From NCBI GenBank assembly GCA_903844155.1, contig CAIMSU010000103.1, positions 2,491 through 66,490 of the forward strand: 64,000 bases of DNA. The letters are read 5' to 3'. The stretch comes from an uncultured Pseudomonadota bacterium. GTDB lineage: Bacteria; Myxococcota_A; UBA796; SXON01. Positions 11,004 to 20,600 of this stretch are shown here, piece after piece. Below the pieces are notes generated by a model, which ran no database searches, was not told the DNA's origin, and saw only the letters and a program-made list of their open reading frames with translations. Position numbers and translations under genes: made by a program. Positions within the stretch are counted from its first letter, which is position 1. The number at the start of each line of letters is the position of its first letter.

Positions 11004-12152
11004 ATGTACACCCGTTTGCAGCCGATCCCCGACCGCAGCTTCTTCCTCTTCGGCCCGCGCGGCACGGGCAAGTCGACTTGGCTCCACCAGCAGCTCCCCG
11101 AATCCCCGTGGTTCGACCTGCTGGACTCGGAGGTGTACCTTGACCTGCTCGCCAACCCCGCACGGTTGGAGCGTCGGCTCCCGAGCGGGCACGCCGGCTG
11201 GGTGGTGATCGACGAGGTCCAGAGGGTCCCGGAGCTGCTCAACGAGGTCCACCGGCTGATCGAGAGCCGCGGCTTGCGGTTCGCATTGACAGGGTCGAGC
11301 GCCCGAAAACTGCGACGCGGCGGCGTCAATCTGCTTGCCGGGAGAGCGCTGACCCTGCGGATGCACCCGCTCCTCGCCGGCGAGCTGGGGGAGGCCTGGC
11401 AAGCCTCGCGTGCCGTGAGCATCGGCGCGCTCCCGTTCGCGGTGACCCGCGAGCGCGACGAGGATGCACGGGTGTATCTCCGCGACTACGTGCAGACCTA
11501 CCTGCGCGAGGAGGTGCAGGCGGAGGGCCTGACCCGCAACCTGCCGGGCTTCGCGCGGTTCCTGGAGGCGGCAAGCTTCTCACAGGCCGCGCCGCTCAAC
11601 GTCACCTCGGTGGCGCGCGAGTGCGCCGTGGAGCGCAAGGTCGTGGAGGACTGGTTCGGCGTGCTGGAGGACCTGCTGCTCGCGGTCCGGCTGCCAGTCT
11701 TCTCCCGGCGAGCGGGGCGAGAGCTGACGCCCCACGCGAAGTTCTTCTACTTCGACGCCGGTGTCTACCGCGCCCTCCGGCCCCGCGGCCCGCTCGACTC
11801 CGAGGCCGACATCGATGGCGCGGCGCTCGAAACGGTGCTCTTCCAGGAGATCCGGGGCTACAACGACGTCATGGCGCTCGGCTACGATCTTTCGCATTGG
11901 CGCACGCGAAACGGCGAGGAGGTCGACCTCGTGGCCTACGGAGCCCGCGGCCTGCAGGCGTTCGGGGTCAAGCGCTCCTCTCGCGTCCGATCGGAGGATC
12001 TCCGTGGACTTCGGGCATTCGGAGAGGATTATCCACCCGCGCAACGCTGGCTCCTGTACGGGGGCGACCGCGCGTATCTGGAGGACGGCATCTCCATCCT
12101 GCCCTTCGCGGAAGGGATCCGGCGGCTTCCGGGGATCCTCGCCGGGCCGTGA
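11004..12152 (+). CDS. AAA_14 ATPase with DUF4143 domain
   Basis: GPRGTGKST, VIDEVQ, LTGSSA, KFFYFDAG, EVDLV; start at ATG 11004. Confidence 0.92.
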   Translation: MYTRLQPIPDRSFFLFGPRGTGKSTWLHQQLPESPWFDLLDSEVYLDLLANPARLERRLPSGHAGWVVIDEVQRVPELLNEVHRLIESRGLRFALTGSSARKLRRGGVNLLAGRALTLRMHPLLAGELGEAWQASRAVSIGALPFAVTRERDEDARVYLRDYVQTYLREEVQAEGLTRNLPGFARFLEAASFSQAAPLNVTSVARECAVERKVVEDWFGVLEDLLLAVRLPVFSRRAGRELTPHAKFFYFDAGVYRALRPRGPLDSEADIDGAALETVLFQEIRGYNDVMALGYDLSHWRTRNGEEVDLVAYGARGLQAFGVKRSSRVRSEDLRGLRAFGEDYPPAQRWLLYGGDRAYLEDGISILPFAEGIRRLPGILAGP

Positions 12153-12173
12153 CGCGCGCCAAGCGCGCCACCT

Positions 12174-13325
12174 TCAGCGCTGGTCTCGCGCCCCTGACCC
12201 GCGGGCGAGCGCCTCCCGGATCCCCGGGACGACCGCCATGGCGATCTGCTGCGCACCCGTGGGGCTCGTATGGACCGGGTCCACGAACCACGCCCCCCGT
12301 TGGTAGCCACCATCCAACGCCGCCAGGTCCACAACGACCAGGTGATGGCTCTGGCCAACGTCGCGGATGATGGCGTCGGCGCTCAAGGGGGCCCGCACCG
12401 GTGCAGCGTCGAGCCGCAGCGCTCCCGCCCAGAGCGCCGCGCGCGCAGCGGGATCCGTCGTGGAGTGGGCCCGGTAGAACGCCTCGATCGACGTGCCGGG
12501 ACAGAGTCGGGAGGCAACGCCGGCGAGGGCGAAGGTGTTGAAATGGGGCGGGAGGGCGCCGCGAGGGGGCAGGTTGGCCGCGCACTGGGGCGCGCTGTGC
12601 ACGTAGACGCCGGTTGGCGGGTGGTCAAAGCTCCGGAACAACGTGGTCAACACCATGGGGACGGCGGTGCTCTCGGCGACCTCCGTCAGCTCGGTCCGGA
12701 AGCGCGCGTCGACCTTGTCGACGTTCCGGATCGCAAAGTCGTCGGAGATCGCAAGCACCCCGGGGTCCGGGGACTGGCTCCGAAGGCGGCTGAGGGGCGA
12801 GAGCCACTGGTGGATCCACGAGTGCGAGAGGACCTGCTCCAATGGCAACGTCCAAAGCGTGACGGCCCGGATCGAGCCGTCGAACACCGACTCGTTGTAG
12901 TCGTTGTGGCCGGTCATCACGACGATGGCATCCGGCTTGAACGGCCCAATCTCCGTGATGAGCCGCCAGACGCCCGCTGTGGAGTAGCCCGGGATCCCCA
13001 GGTTCACGACCTGCAAGTCCGGTGCGAGCTCGGCCACCCACGAGGGAAAGTTTCCGTCCCGCGGCGTGGGGACCCCCATTCGCACGGTAGAACCGCCCAG
13101 AACCACCACCCGCGGCCGCCCGTCCGGGGCCGGCACAGGCACCGATAGGCGGCGATCAAACGGACAGACGAGCCCGGCGCTGTCGATGCGGCACTGACCG
13201 ATTCGCGAGTAGCCCTTGCTCGGCGGAGGCTCACCGGAGACGAGGTGTGCAACGCCCTCGATGGCCCCGAAGGCGCCCACCGTCGTCAGAAGGCCGAATA
13301 TAACGCTGCGAACCGTGCGATTCAC
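12174..13325 (-). CDS. Membrane-anchored SGNH/GDSL hydrolase
   Basis: VLGGST, NLGIPG, GHND, FVDPVH; N-terminal TM segment. Confidence 0.85.
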   Translation of the reverse strand: MNRTVRSVIFGLLTTVGAFGAIEGVAHLVSGEPPPSKGYSRIGQCRIDSAGLVCPFDRRLSVPVPAPDGRPRVVVLGGSTVRMGVPTPRDGNFPSWVAELAPDLQVVNLGIPGYSTAGVWRLITEIGPFKPDAIVVMTGHNDYNESVFDGSIRAVTLWTLPLEQVLSHSWIHQWLSPLSRLRSQSPDPGVLAISDDFAIRNVDKVDARFRTELTEVAESTAVPMVLTTLFRSFDHPPTGVYVHSAPQCAANLPPRGALPPHFNTFALAGVASRLCPGTSIEAFYRAHSTTDPAARAALWAGALRLDAAPVRAPLSADAIIRDVGQSHHLVVVDLAALDGGYQRGAWFVDPVHTSPTGAQQIAMAVVPGIREALARGSGARDQR

Positions 13326-13590
13326 GGAGCAAGCCCGGCATGCGAGGGGCACAAAAGCAAGGTGCGGACCACGACAGCGCCCTACCGTCCCCGCCCGGCC
13401 GGGTCAACGCGCGGGGGCCATGCCCCGCCGCCACCTGGCTGGCCAAGTTGAAGGCGCGACTTCGTGCCCCGCACGAAGCGTGCCTTCGACGCGGTCAGCA
13501 GCGGTCGCGCTCGCCCGAACCTGCGCAGGTGTGGACGGGTCAAGAGAGGTCACGAACACGCGTGGCGGCTCGAAAGCCAAGGCGCGACGA

Positions 13591-13633
13591 GAATAAACAG
13601 CCAACACCGGACCGAAGGGGCCGGTGTTGGCTG
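13591..13633 (-). terminator. Intrinsic-terminator-like hairpin
   Basis: 13-bp stem CAGCCAACACCGG/CCGGTGTTGGCTG; minus-strand loop contains cTTCGg and is followed by TTTATTC. Confidence 0.55.
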
Positions 13634-13802
13634 CACGACGCCGGCCGATTGCAGGTCGCTACGTTACCCTCCGTCAGCCGACGTACCGCCGGCAAAGGTC
13701 CCCCATGTCCCGCTCGCTCTGACTGTCCCCCCAACCCGGGGTTCCCGGGTCCACGCACCGCGAGCGCTGACCGATCTTCGGGGCGTTTGCCCTGGAGATC
13801 CA

Positions 13803-14930
13803 ATGTCCGATCAGACTTCTTCACTCGCCAACGTCGACGCGATCGTCGCCGGCGTCATCGCACCAGCCGCCGCCACTGTCGACCGCGATGGGGCATTTCC
13901 CGCCGCTGCCATCCGGGCGTTGGGTGAAGCCGGGATCCTCGGCCTTCTCATCCCCGAAGCCAACGGTGGCCTTGGCCTCGGGCCGGACACCGCCGCGCTT
14001 GTGGTGGAGCGCATCGCGGGCGCCTGCGCCAGCACGGCCATGGTCGTCTGCATGCACTTCTCCGGCTCCGCGGTGCTCGCGCAACACGGAACTGTCGAGG
14101 TCCAACGCGAGGTCGCAGCCGGCCGGCACCTCTCCACGCTCGCGTTCTCGGAGACCGGCTCGCGCAGTCACTTCTGGGCGGCGATGTCCAGCGCGAAGGT
14201 CGATGGCGACACCGTCGTCCTGGACGCGCAGAAGTCCTGGGTGACGTCTGCGGGCCACGCGACCGCGTACGTCTGGTCGTCGCGCCCGGCGACTGCGGAG
14301 GGTTTTTCGACGATCTGGCTGGTCCCCCGTGGATCCGCGGGCCTGTCAGCCCCCGCCGGCTTCGACGGCATCGGGCTACGCGGCAACGACTCGACGCCGA
14401 TCTCGGCCGCTGGCGTCCGCATTCCCGAGGCGAACCGGCTCGGACCGGACGGCAAGGGCTTTGACGTGATGATGGGGATCGTCCTGCCGAACTTCAACCT
14501 GTACAGCGCCGCCGTCAGCATCGGCCTCGCGAGCGCGGCGCTCGCCCGAACCTGCGCGCACGCGGGCGCGACCAGGCACGAGGAGGCAGGCACGTCGCTC
14601 GCCGAATTGCCGACGATCCGCGCCCACATCGCGCGGATGCAGATCAAGGTGGACATGACCCGGCTGCTCTGGCTCGACACCATCGCGGCGATGGGCGCCG
14701 GCAGGCCCGACACGATGCTCCGCGTGCTGGAGGTCAAGGCGGCAGCCGCCGAGACCGCGCTGGAGGTCACCGCGACGTGCATGCGCGTGTGCGGCGGCGT
14801 CGCGTTTCGCAAGGAAGTCGGCGTCGATCGCGCGTTCCGCGACGCCCAGGCCGCCAGCGTGATGGGCCCGACGACCGACGTGCTGTGGGATTTCATTGGC
14901 AAGGCCGTCACCGGCCTGCCGCTCTTCTAA
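13803..14930 (+). CDS. Acyl-CoA dehydrogenase-fold flavoprotein (non-canonical)
   Basis: IPEANGGLG, LAFSETGS, KSWVTS, GLRGNDS, CGGVAF, FRDA; GGAG RBS before ATG 13803. Confidence 0.9.
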   Translation: MSDQTSSLANVDAIVAGVIAPAAATVDRDGAFPAAAIRALGEAGILGLLIPEANGGLGLGPDTAALVVERIAGACASTAMVVCMHFSGSAVLAQHGTVEVQREVAAGRHLSTLAFSETGSRSHFWAAMSSAKVDGDTVVLDAQKSWVTSAGHATAYVWSSRPATAEGFSTIWLVPRGSAGLSAPAGFDGIGLRGNDSTPISAAGVRIPEANRLGPDGKGFDVMMGIVLPNFNLYSAAVSIGLASAALARTCAHAGATRHEEAGTSLAELPTIRAHIARMQIKVDMTRLLWLDTIAAMGAGRPDTMLRVLEVKAAAAETALEVTATCMRVCGGVAFRKEVGVDRAFRDAQAASVMGPTTDVLWDFIGKAVTGLPLF

Positions 14931-14950
14931 CCCCGGAAACCGGAGGTACC

Positions 14951-15799
14951 ATGCGCCCTTTCATCCTCGGTGCGGTCGCCTATGACCCAAAGGTCGTAAC
15001 CATCTGGGACGGCTTCAAGCTGTACTTCGAGGCCAACGGCCTGTCGTTCGACTACGTGCTTTTCCACAACTACGAACGGCAGGTCGAAGCCCACTTTGCG
15101 GGCGTGATCGACGTCGCGTGGAACTCACCGCTGGCATGGGTCCAGGCGCAGCGGATCGCCACCCGCCTCGGGCGAAGGGCCCAGGCGGTGGCGATGCGAG
15201 ACACCGACCAGGACCTGACCTCCGTGGTGCTGGTGCGGACCGAGGGGCCGGCGACGATTGCCGACCTGACTGGGCGACGAATCGGCGTTGGAGCAATGGA
15301 TTCACCGCAGGCGACGCTACTGCCGCTGCTGCAGCTCGCGGAGCGGGGCCTCGACGTCCACCCCGACCATCCCAATGTCGTCCGGCACGACGTCCTCGTC
15401 GGCAAGCACGGCGACCACATCGGCGGCGAGCGTGAGGCCGTACGGGCGCTCCTGCACGGGGATGTCGATGCTGCCTGCATCATCGACGGCAACCTGGCCG
15501 CGTTCACCCAGGAGGGCACCGTTCGTGCGGGCGCGTTGCGCGTGCTGGCGACGACCCCAGCCTACGACCACTGCAACTTCACCGTGTTGGACGGCACCGC
15601 CACCCGACCGCTGACCCGCTTCCTGGCGTTGCTCCACGGAATGTCCTGGGGCGAGGCGGACACGCGGCGGCTGATGGATCTGGAGGGGCTGAAAGCCTGG
15701 CGCCCGGGCAGGACGACTGGCTACTCGGCGTTGGACCGGGCCTGCACCCGCTTCGGCACCGCCGACGCCTTCGTTGCCCAGCAGGTCGCGCGGGGATGA
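14951..15799 (+). CDS. PhnD/SsuA-like substrate-binding-fold protein without signal peptide
   Basis: IDVAWNSPL, SVVLVR, IADLTGRRIGVG..DS, GDVDAA; GGAGG RBS. Confidence 0.8.
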   Translation: MRPFILGAVAYDPKVVTIWDGFKLYFEANGLSFDYVLFHNYERQVEAHFAGVIDVAWNSPLAWVQAQRIATRLGRRAQAVAMRDTDQDLTSVVLVRTEGPATIADLTGRRIGVGAMDSPQATLLPLLQLAERGLDVHPDHPNVVRHDVLVGKHGDHIGGEREAVRALLHGDVDAACIIDGNLAAFTQEGTVRAGALRVLATTPAYDHCNFTVLDGTATRPLTRFLALLHGMSWGEADTRRLMDLEGLKAWRPGRTTGYSALDRACTRFGTADAFVAQQVARG

Positions 15800-17010
15800 C
15801 GCGGCGACGGGTCGTGGACCTGACCGGCGCGCGCATGGACCAGGGCGCCGCGCTGATCGTCCGCCACGCCCTCGCTGACATGGGGCCGGGCGACGAGGTC
15901 CGCGTGGTCGGCGACGACGCCTCCCTTGTCCCGACGCTGCGGGCGCTCGCACGCGCGCTCGGCGCCCCCTTCACCGTCGAGGCGGATGGCGCCTGCGTCC
16001 TCGGCGCGTCCACCCACCCCGACGGCCGTCGCACCGGCGGCATGCTCGTGCCCACGGCGCCGGCCGACCACGCCCACCCGCGATGGGGCCTCGCGGCGCG
16101 CGGTACACTGGTGGAGGCCGGTGGACCCGAATTCGCCTTTCCGCTCGCCGAGAAGCGCGCCGTCTGGACCGACGAATTGGCGCGGCTCTACGCGCAGGCC
16201 GCCGCGGCGCAGTGGGACCCAGCGACGGCGATCCCGTGGGCCGAGCCGCGCTGCGACGACGACGCCGTGGAGGCCGCGGTCGTGCAGGTCATGGCCTACC
16301 TGGTCGAGAACGAGACGGCCGCGCTGCTGGTCCCGGCACGCTTCTGCGCCCAGGTTCACCCGCACTTTCGCGAGGTGCTCCAGCTCCTCGCCATCCAGAC
16401 CGCTGACGAGGCCCGTCACATCGAGGTTTTTACGCGTCGCGCCGGGTTGGAGGCGCCGCGCGGCCCCGGGCCGGCCCCGATGCCACCCCTCTCGACCGTC
16501 GGCGGCCAGACCAGCCTGAAGAGCCTCGTTGACGAGCCCGACTTTGCCCTTGCAAGCTTTCTTCTCTCCGTCCTCGGCGAGGGATCGTTCCTGTCCCTGC
16601 TCCGGTTCCTGGACCGCTACGCGCCCGACGCCGTCACCCGCGCCGTCGCCCGCCTCGCCGCGCAGGACGAGGCCCGCCACGTCGCCTTTGGCCTCGCGCA
16701 CCTCGAACGTCAGACAGCCCTCGACCCGTCGCTCCGGCCCCAGCTGGCGGCAGCCGTCCACGCGCGCCACGACGCCTTGGCGCACACCGCCGGGTTGAAC
16801 GCCGAGGTTTTCGATGCGCTCGTGCTCATCGCCGGCCACCAGCCCAATCGCCCAGCGTGGGACCCCGTCGGCATCGCAACAGGTTGGAACGCCGTGCAGG
16901 AGCTGATCGCCGAGATGGACGCGGGCCGGCAGGTTCGGCTCCGTCGACTCGGGTTCTCGGGGGCCGAGGCCGCGGCGTTGAGCGCGCTGCATACGCGGAA
17001 TTTCATGTGA
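15796..17010 (+). CDS. TusA-like N-domain fused to a ferritin-like (AurF/R2-type) di-iron domain
   Basis: VDLTG...LADMGPGDEVRVV N-terminus; QWDP..AIPW, ENE, DEARH, GEG, DEARH; ATGA overlap. Confidence 0.8.
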   Translation: MTRRRVVDLTGARMDQGAALIVRHALADMGPGDEVRVVGDDASLVPTLRALARALGAPFTVEADGACVLGASTHPDGRRTGGMLVPTAPADHAHPRWGLAARGTLVEAGGPEFAFPLAEKRAVWTDELARLYAQAAAAQWDPATAIPWAEPRCDDDAVEAAVVQVMAYLVENETAALLVPARFCAQVHPHFREVLQLLAIQTADEARHIEVFTRRAGLEAPRGPGPAPMPPLSTVGGQTSLKSLVDEPDFALASFLLSVLGEGSFLSLLRFLDRYAPDAVTRAVARLAAQDEARHVAFGLAHLERQTALDPSLRPQLAAAVHARHDALAHTAGLNAEVFDALVLIAGHQPNRPAWDPVGIATGWNAVQELIAEMDAGRQVRLRRLGFSGAEAAALSALHTRNFM

Positions 17011-17093
17011 CGCGAGCCCGACCGGCGCGGAGATGACCGGCGGGCGGGATCGGGTGTTTGACGGGGGTTTTGGGGAGGAGGGGGTGACGGGCG

Positions 17094-17424
17094 CTACTTG
17101 CAGCCCGAGAAGATGGTTGCGGTGCAGGTGAGGTGGTCGCCCGAGCCCGGTCCTGTGTCGTCGGCCGATTCCGACGGATCGAGTGAGCAGGCGGTCACGT
17201 CCCACACTGACCCGACGCCGAGACGGGCGTGCATCCCATTGACGACGGCGGTGCAGACGGCGATGCACGTCGCGTCCCTGCCGTCTCCGGTGTCGGTGCC
17301 CGCCGTGTCCGGGGCCTCGGCGCGCGCCAACTCCGCAGCAGTCACGCCGCGGTTCACGGTGACCGGGGGGGATCACGTCGCAGCGCGCACAACCGGCAAG
17401 CCACGACAAAAGCAGGAGCACCAT
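17094..17424 (-). pseudogene. Cys-rich lipoprotein split by one extra base in a G7 run
   Basis: MVLLLLSWLAGC signal joins the 17094-17357 ORF if the run at 17365-17371 loses one base. Confidence 0.6.
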
Positions 17425-17459
17425 CGGAATAGAGTACCATTGCCGCCTCGGAGCCCGCC

Positions 17460-18863
17460 ATGCCCCTCCTCCTCCTCGCCCTCCTCGCCTGCTCAGGCGC
17501 GCCCGCGCCCGTCGTCGCGCCCCCGAAGCCCGTCGCCCCAGCGGGTCCGACCTTCGACTATTCGGCGAAGGCGGCCGCGATGAACGTCATCCTCATCAGC
17601 ATGGACGCGCTGCGCTTTGACCGCACTGGCGCGGGTGGCGGACACGACACGCCCAACCTCGACGCCTTCGCGAAAGAGGCGGTCGTGTTCACGCACGACA
17701 CCTCCGCCGCGCCGTGGACGTTGCCCTCGCACATGGCGATCTTCACGGCCCGGTGGCCCTCGTTGCACGGCGTCACCAACAAGCTCGTCCCGAATCCGGG
17801 CGGCGGCGACCCGGTCTTCACCCGCCTCGCGGACAGCATTCCCACGTTCCCGGAGGAGCTGACGAAGAAGGGCTGGGAGGCCGTTGCGTTCACCGGCGGC
17901 GCGGGCGTGTCCGGAAAGTTCGGCTACAACCGGGGCTTCACCAGCTACCTCGACGACAAGGCGTTCGCCGGCATGGACTACACGGGACCGGCCGCCGAGG
18001 CCTGGCTGAAGGACCACGGCAAAGAGCACTTCTTCATGTTCTTCCACGGGTATGACGCGCACGGCCAGCACGAGCTCATCGGCGAGGACCCGCGGGCGGC
18101 GGTGCCCGACTACCACGGCAAGCTCGATGGCAGCATCAAGGAACAGGCGACGCTGCGGGAGGAGGGCCTCGCGCAGATCAAGAAGCCCGGCGATCCGCCG
18201 TCGCTCGTCGGCGTGTTGGACAAGGAGGACGCCCGCTTTTTGATGGAGGTCTACGACGCGAAGGTGAAGGCGGCCGATGCCCGCCTCGCGATCTTCCTGC
18301 AGCAGCTCAAGGATCAAGGCCTCCTCGACACCTCCATCATCGTCGTCCTCGGCGATCACGGCGATGAATTCATGGAGCACGGCTACATCGACCACGGCGC
18401 CACCCTCTGCGACCACCAGCTCCACGTCCCGCTGATGATCCGCTTCCCGCACGGCGACGGCGCCCGGGTTGTCGACGATGCCGTCCGCAGCATCGACGTG
18501 TTCCCGACCGTCTTCGACGCCCTCGGCCTCCCGCCCGTCGCCGGCGTGAACGGCCAGAGCCTGCTCCCCGTCCTCAAGGGACAGAAGTTGAACCTGCCGA
18601 TCTACGCCGAATCCGACTACCGCCTCTTCGTCCACCTCCGCATGGAGCGCGAGGCCTCCAAAAAGCTGATCCTCGACATGGAAGACGACCAGCGCTCGCT
18701 CTACGACCTGGGGACCGACCCCGACGAGCAGAACGACCTCTCGACGACCGACGCGCGCACCACCTATGAGATGGAGCAGGGCGTCCGGACCTGGCTCAAC
18801 ACGATGAAGACCGACCCCAAGAGCTACCTCGGCGTTCAGGAAGAGCACATCAAGCTTTTCTGA
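17460..18863 (+). CDS. Sulfatase-family (alkaline phosphatase superfamily) lipoprotein
   Basis: LLAC lipobox, NVILISMDALR, TPNLD, PWTLPSH, GDHGDEF..HG..DH, HVPLMI. Confidence 0.9.
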   Translation: MPLLLLALLACSGAPAPVVAPPKPVAPAGPTFDYSAKAAAMNVILISMDALRFDRTGAGGGHDTPNLDAFAKEAVVFTHDTSAAPWTLPSHMAIFTARWPSLHGVTNKLVPNPGGGDPVFTRLADSIPTFPEELTKKGWEAVAFTGGAGVSGKFGYNRGFTSYLDDKAFAGMDYTGPAAEAWLKDHGKEHFFMFFHGYDAHGQHELIGEDPRAAVPDYHGKLDGSIKEQATLREEGLAQIKKPGDPPSLVGVLDKEDARFLMEVYDAKVKAADARLAIFLQQLKDQGLLDTSIIVVLGDHGDEFMEHGYIDHGATLCDHQLHVPLMIRFPHGDGARVVDDAVRSIDVFPTVFDALGLPPVAGVNGQSLLPVLKGQKLNLPIYAESDYRLFVHLRMEREASKKLILDMEDDQRSLYDLGTDPDEQNDLSTTDARTTYEMEQGVRTWLNTMKTDPKSYLGVQEEHIKLF

Positions 18864-18895
18864 GGTCGAGGCCACAAACCCGGCCCAAAGGCGGC

Positions 18896-18924
18896 TTGAC
18901 GCACCCCCGGTGTGCCTGTACCCT
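18896..18924 (+). promoter_or_regulatory. Sigma70-like promoter
   Basis: TTGACG-N17-TACCCT, 44 bp upstream of the radical SAM start. Confidence 0.55.
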
Positions 18925-18968
18925 TCAAGTGCGGCGTTCCCTCCTTCGGGGCGCGTCAGGAGTTCCCG

Positions 18969-20582
18969 TTGGCTACCCCCTCCCTCGACCCCGGCCTCTA
19001 CACCACGGCGGGTGCTCTGGTCGATCAGATGCTGATGGACACGATGCTTCAGCAGGGCCTCGCACCTGTCAGCACGTCGACGAAGATGCCCCGGGTCACG
19101 CTCGTCGTTGGTCCGTCACCATTCACGATGCCGCGCGGCTGGGAGTTTTTCCTCACGTCGCCCTACGAGGGCATCACGTACATCGCGACCGTGCTGCACA
19201 ACGCCGGGTACCCCGTGCGGATCGTGGATGTACGCTACGACCGCACGCCGCTGCAGACAGCCTACAACCAGATCATGGAAGGGACGGACGTTCTTGGGAT
19301 CGCGACGTTTGAGGACAACTATCCGTTCTGCGAGGACTTGATTCGCGAGTGCAAGAACGCCAAGCCCAACATGCCGATCCTGCTTGGCGGCTCGCTGGTG
19401 ACCAGCGTGCCGCACGTGTTCATGCGCGAGACACGCGCGGACATCGCGGTGATCTCCGAGGGCGAACTGACCATTCTGGAGGTCATGGACGCGTTCACGC
19501 AGGGGATGTGGTCCTCGCGGCTGCCGGAGATCAAGGGGATCTGGTACCGCGACGCGAAGGGCGTGCCGCACGCCAACCCGCCGCGGGGGCAGATGCCGAA
19601 CCTCAACGCGCTGCCGAACATGCGCCTCGACCTCTGGCCGCAGTCCAAGGATCCGCGGGGTTTGCAGCCGCAGATCATCGCGTCGTACTCGCGCGGCTGC
19701 AAGATGGACTGCTCGTTCTGCTACCGCACCACGCCGCAGGAGCGGGTGAAGTCGCCCGAGAAGCTCCGCAGCGAACTGACGTGGTTGAAGCAGCAATACA
19801 AGACCGAGTTCATCTTCTTCGTGGACCTGACGTTCACTGCGCACAAGAAGCAGACGCTGCAGTACCTCGACGTGATCCGCGAGCACGACATCCGCTGGAC
19901 CTGCCTCACCCGCAACGCGGACGTGGACGCGGAAGTCGGCAAGGCGATGGGGACGGCGGGCTGCGACATCGCGCTCTACGGAGTGGAATCGCTCACGCCC
20001 GCGGCCCTGAAGGAGGCGCGCAAGGGCTCCACGGAGAACCTGGCCATGAAGGCGATGAAAAACACCTGGGACGGTGGCGTGCGCTACGGCGGGCTCACAA
20101 TCGTGGGTTTGCCGGGCGAAACCGAGGAGAGCCTCGACCACATGTGCAAGTGGGGCGAGGAGTACAAGCACATCACCCGCGTGAAGTACCTCTCGGCCAT
20201 GCCCGGCACGACCGTGTACCGGCAGGGCCTGGAGACGAAGGAGATCGCCAACGAAGTCGAGCATCTACGCTGGCTCTCGGTAGAGCAGGCGTTGGAGCGC
20301 GACGAATTCCTGAACTACAACGGCCTCCCCGACCACGTGATGCGCAGCGCCTACAAGCGGCTCTACGACAGCTACCAGGAAGGGCCCGTCATGGACTTCC
20401 ACCATTATCCCGAGCATTTTGCCTACTTCGACCCCGAGCCGACGACCGCGTGGCGCGCGGAGTTCTCCTCGGCCGCCGCCGTCCCGGACCCCGGGACGCT
20501 CAAATACCGCGGCTTGAAAGCCTCCTCTCCCGGCGTCACGCTTGAGCGCACGTCCTCTGGCGACCTCGCCCTCTCCATCTGA
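18969..20582 (+). CDS. B12-binding domain radical SAM protein
   Basis: SRGCKMDCSFC (CxxxCxxC); N-terminal cobalamin-binding pattern (YIATVL, ILLGG, EGE); GVES, IVGLPGET; start TTG 18969 after GGAG (uncertain). Confidence 0.92.
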   Translation: MATPSLDPGLYTTAGALVDQMLMDTMLQQGLAPVSTSTKMPRVTLVVGPSPFTMPRGWEFFLTSPYEGITYIATVLHNAGYPVRIVDVRYDRTPLQTAYNQIMEGTDVLGIATFEDNYPFCEDLIRECKNAKPNMPILLGGSLVTSVPHVFMRETRADIAVISEGELTILEVMDAFTQGMWSSRLPEIKGIWYRDAKGVPHANPPRGQMPNLNALPNMRLDLWPQSKDPRGLQPQIIASYSRGCKMDCSFCYRTTPQERVKSPEKLRSELTWLKQQYKTEFIFFVDLTFTAHKKQTLQYLDVIREHDIRWTCLTRNADVDAEVGKAMGTAGCDIALYGVESLTPAALKEARKGSTENLAMKAMKNTWDGGVRYGGLTIVGLPGETEESLDHMCKWGEEYKHITRVKYLSAMPGTTVYRQGLETKEIANEVEHLRWLSVEQALERDEFLNYNGLPDHVMRSAYKRLYDSYQEGPVMDFHHYPEHFAYFDPEPTTAWRAEFSSAAAVPDPGTLKYRGLKASSPGVTLERTSSGDLALSI

Positions 20583-20600
20583 CCGAGGCTCGAAAATCGC

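Noticed and set aside
13340-13802. Known riboswitch, tRNA or SRP RNA in this region
   Set aside because: No consensus I could match by eye; kept only as an unclassified structured region
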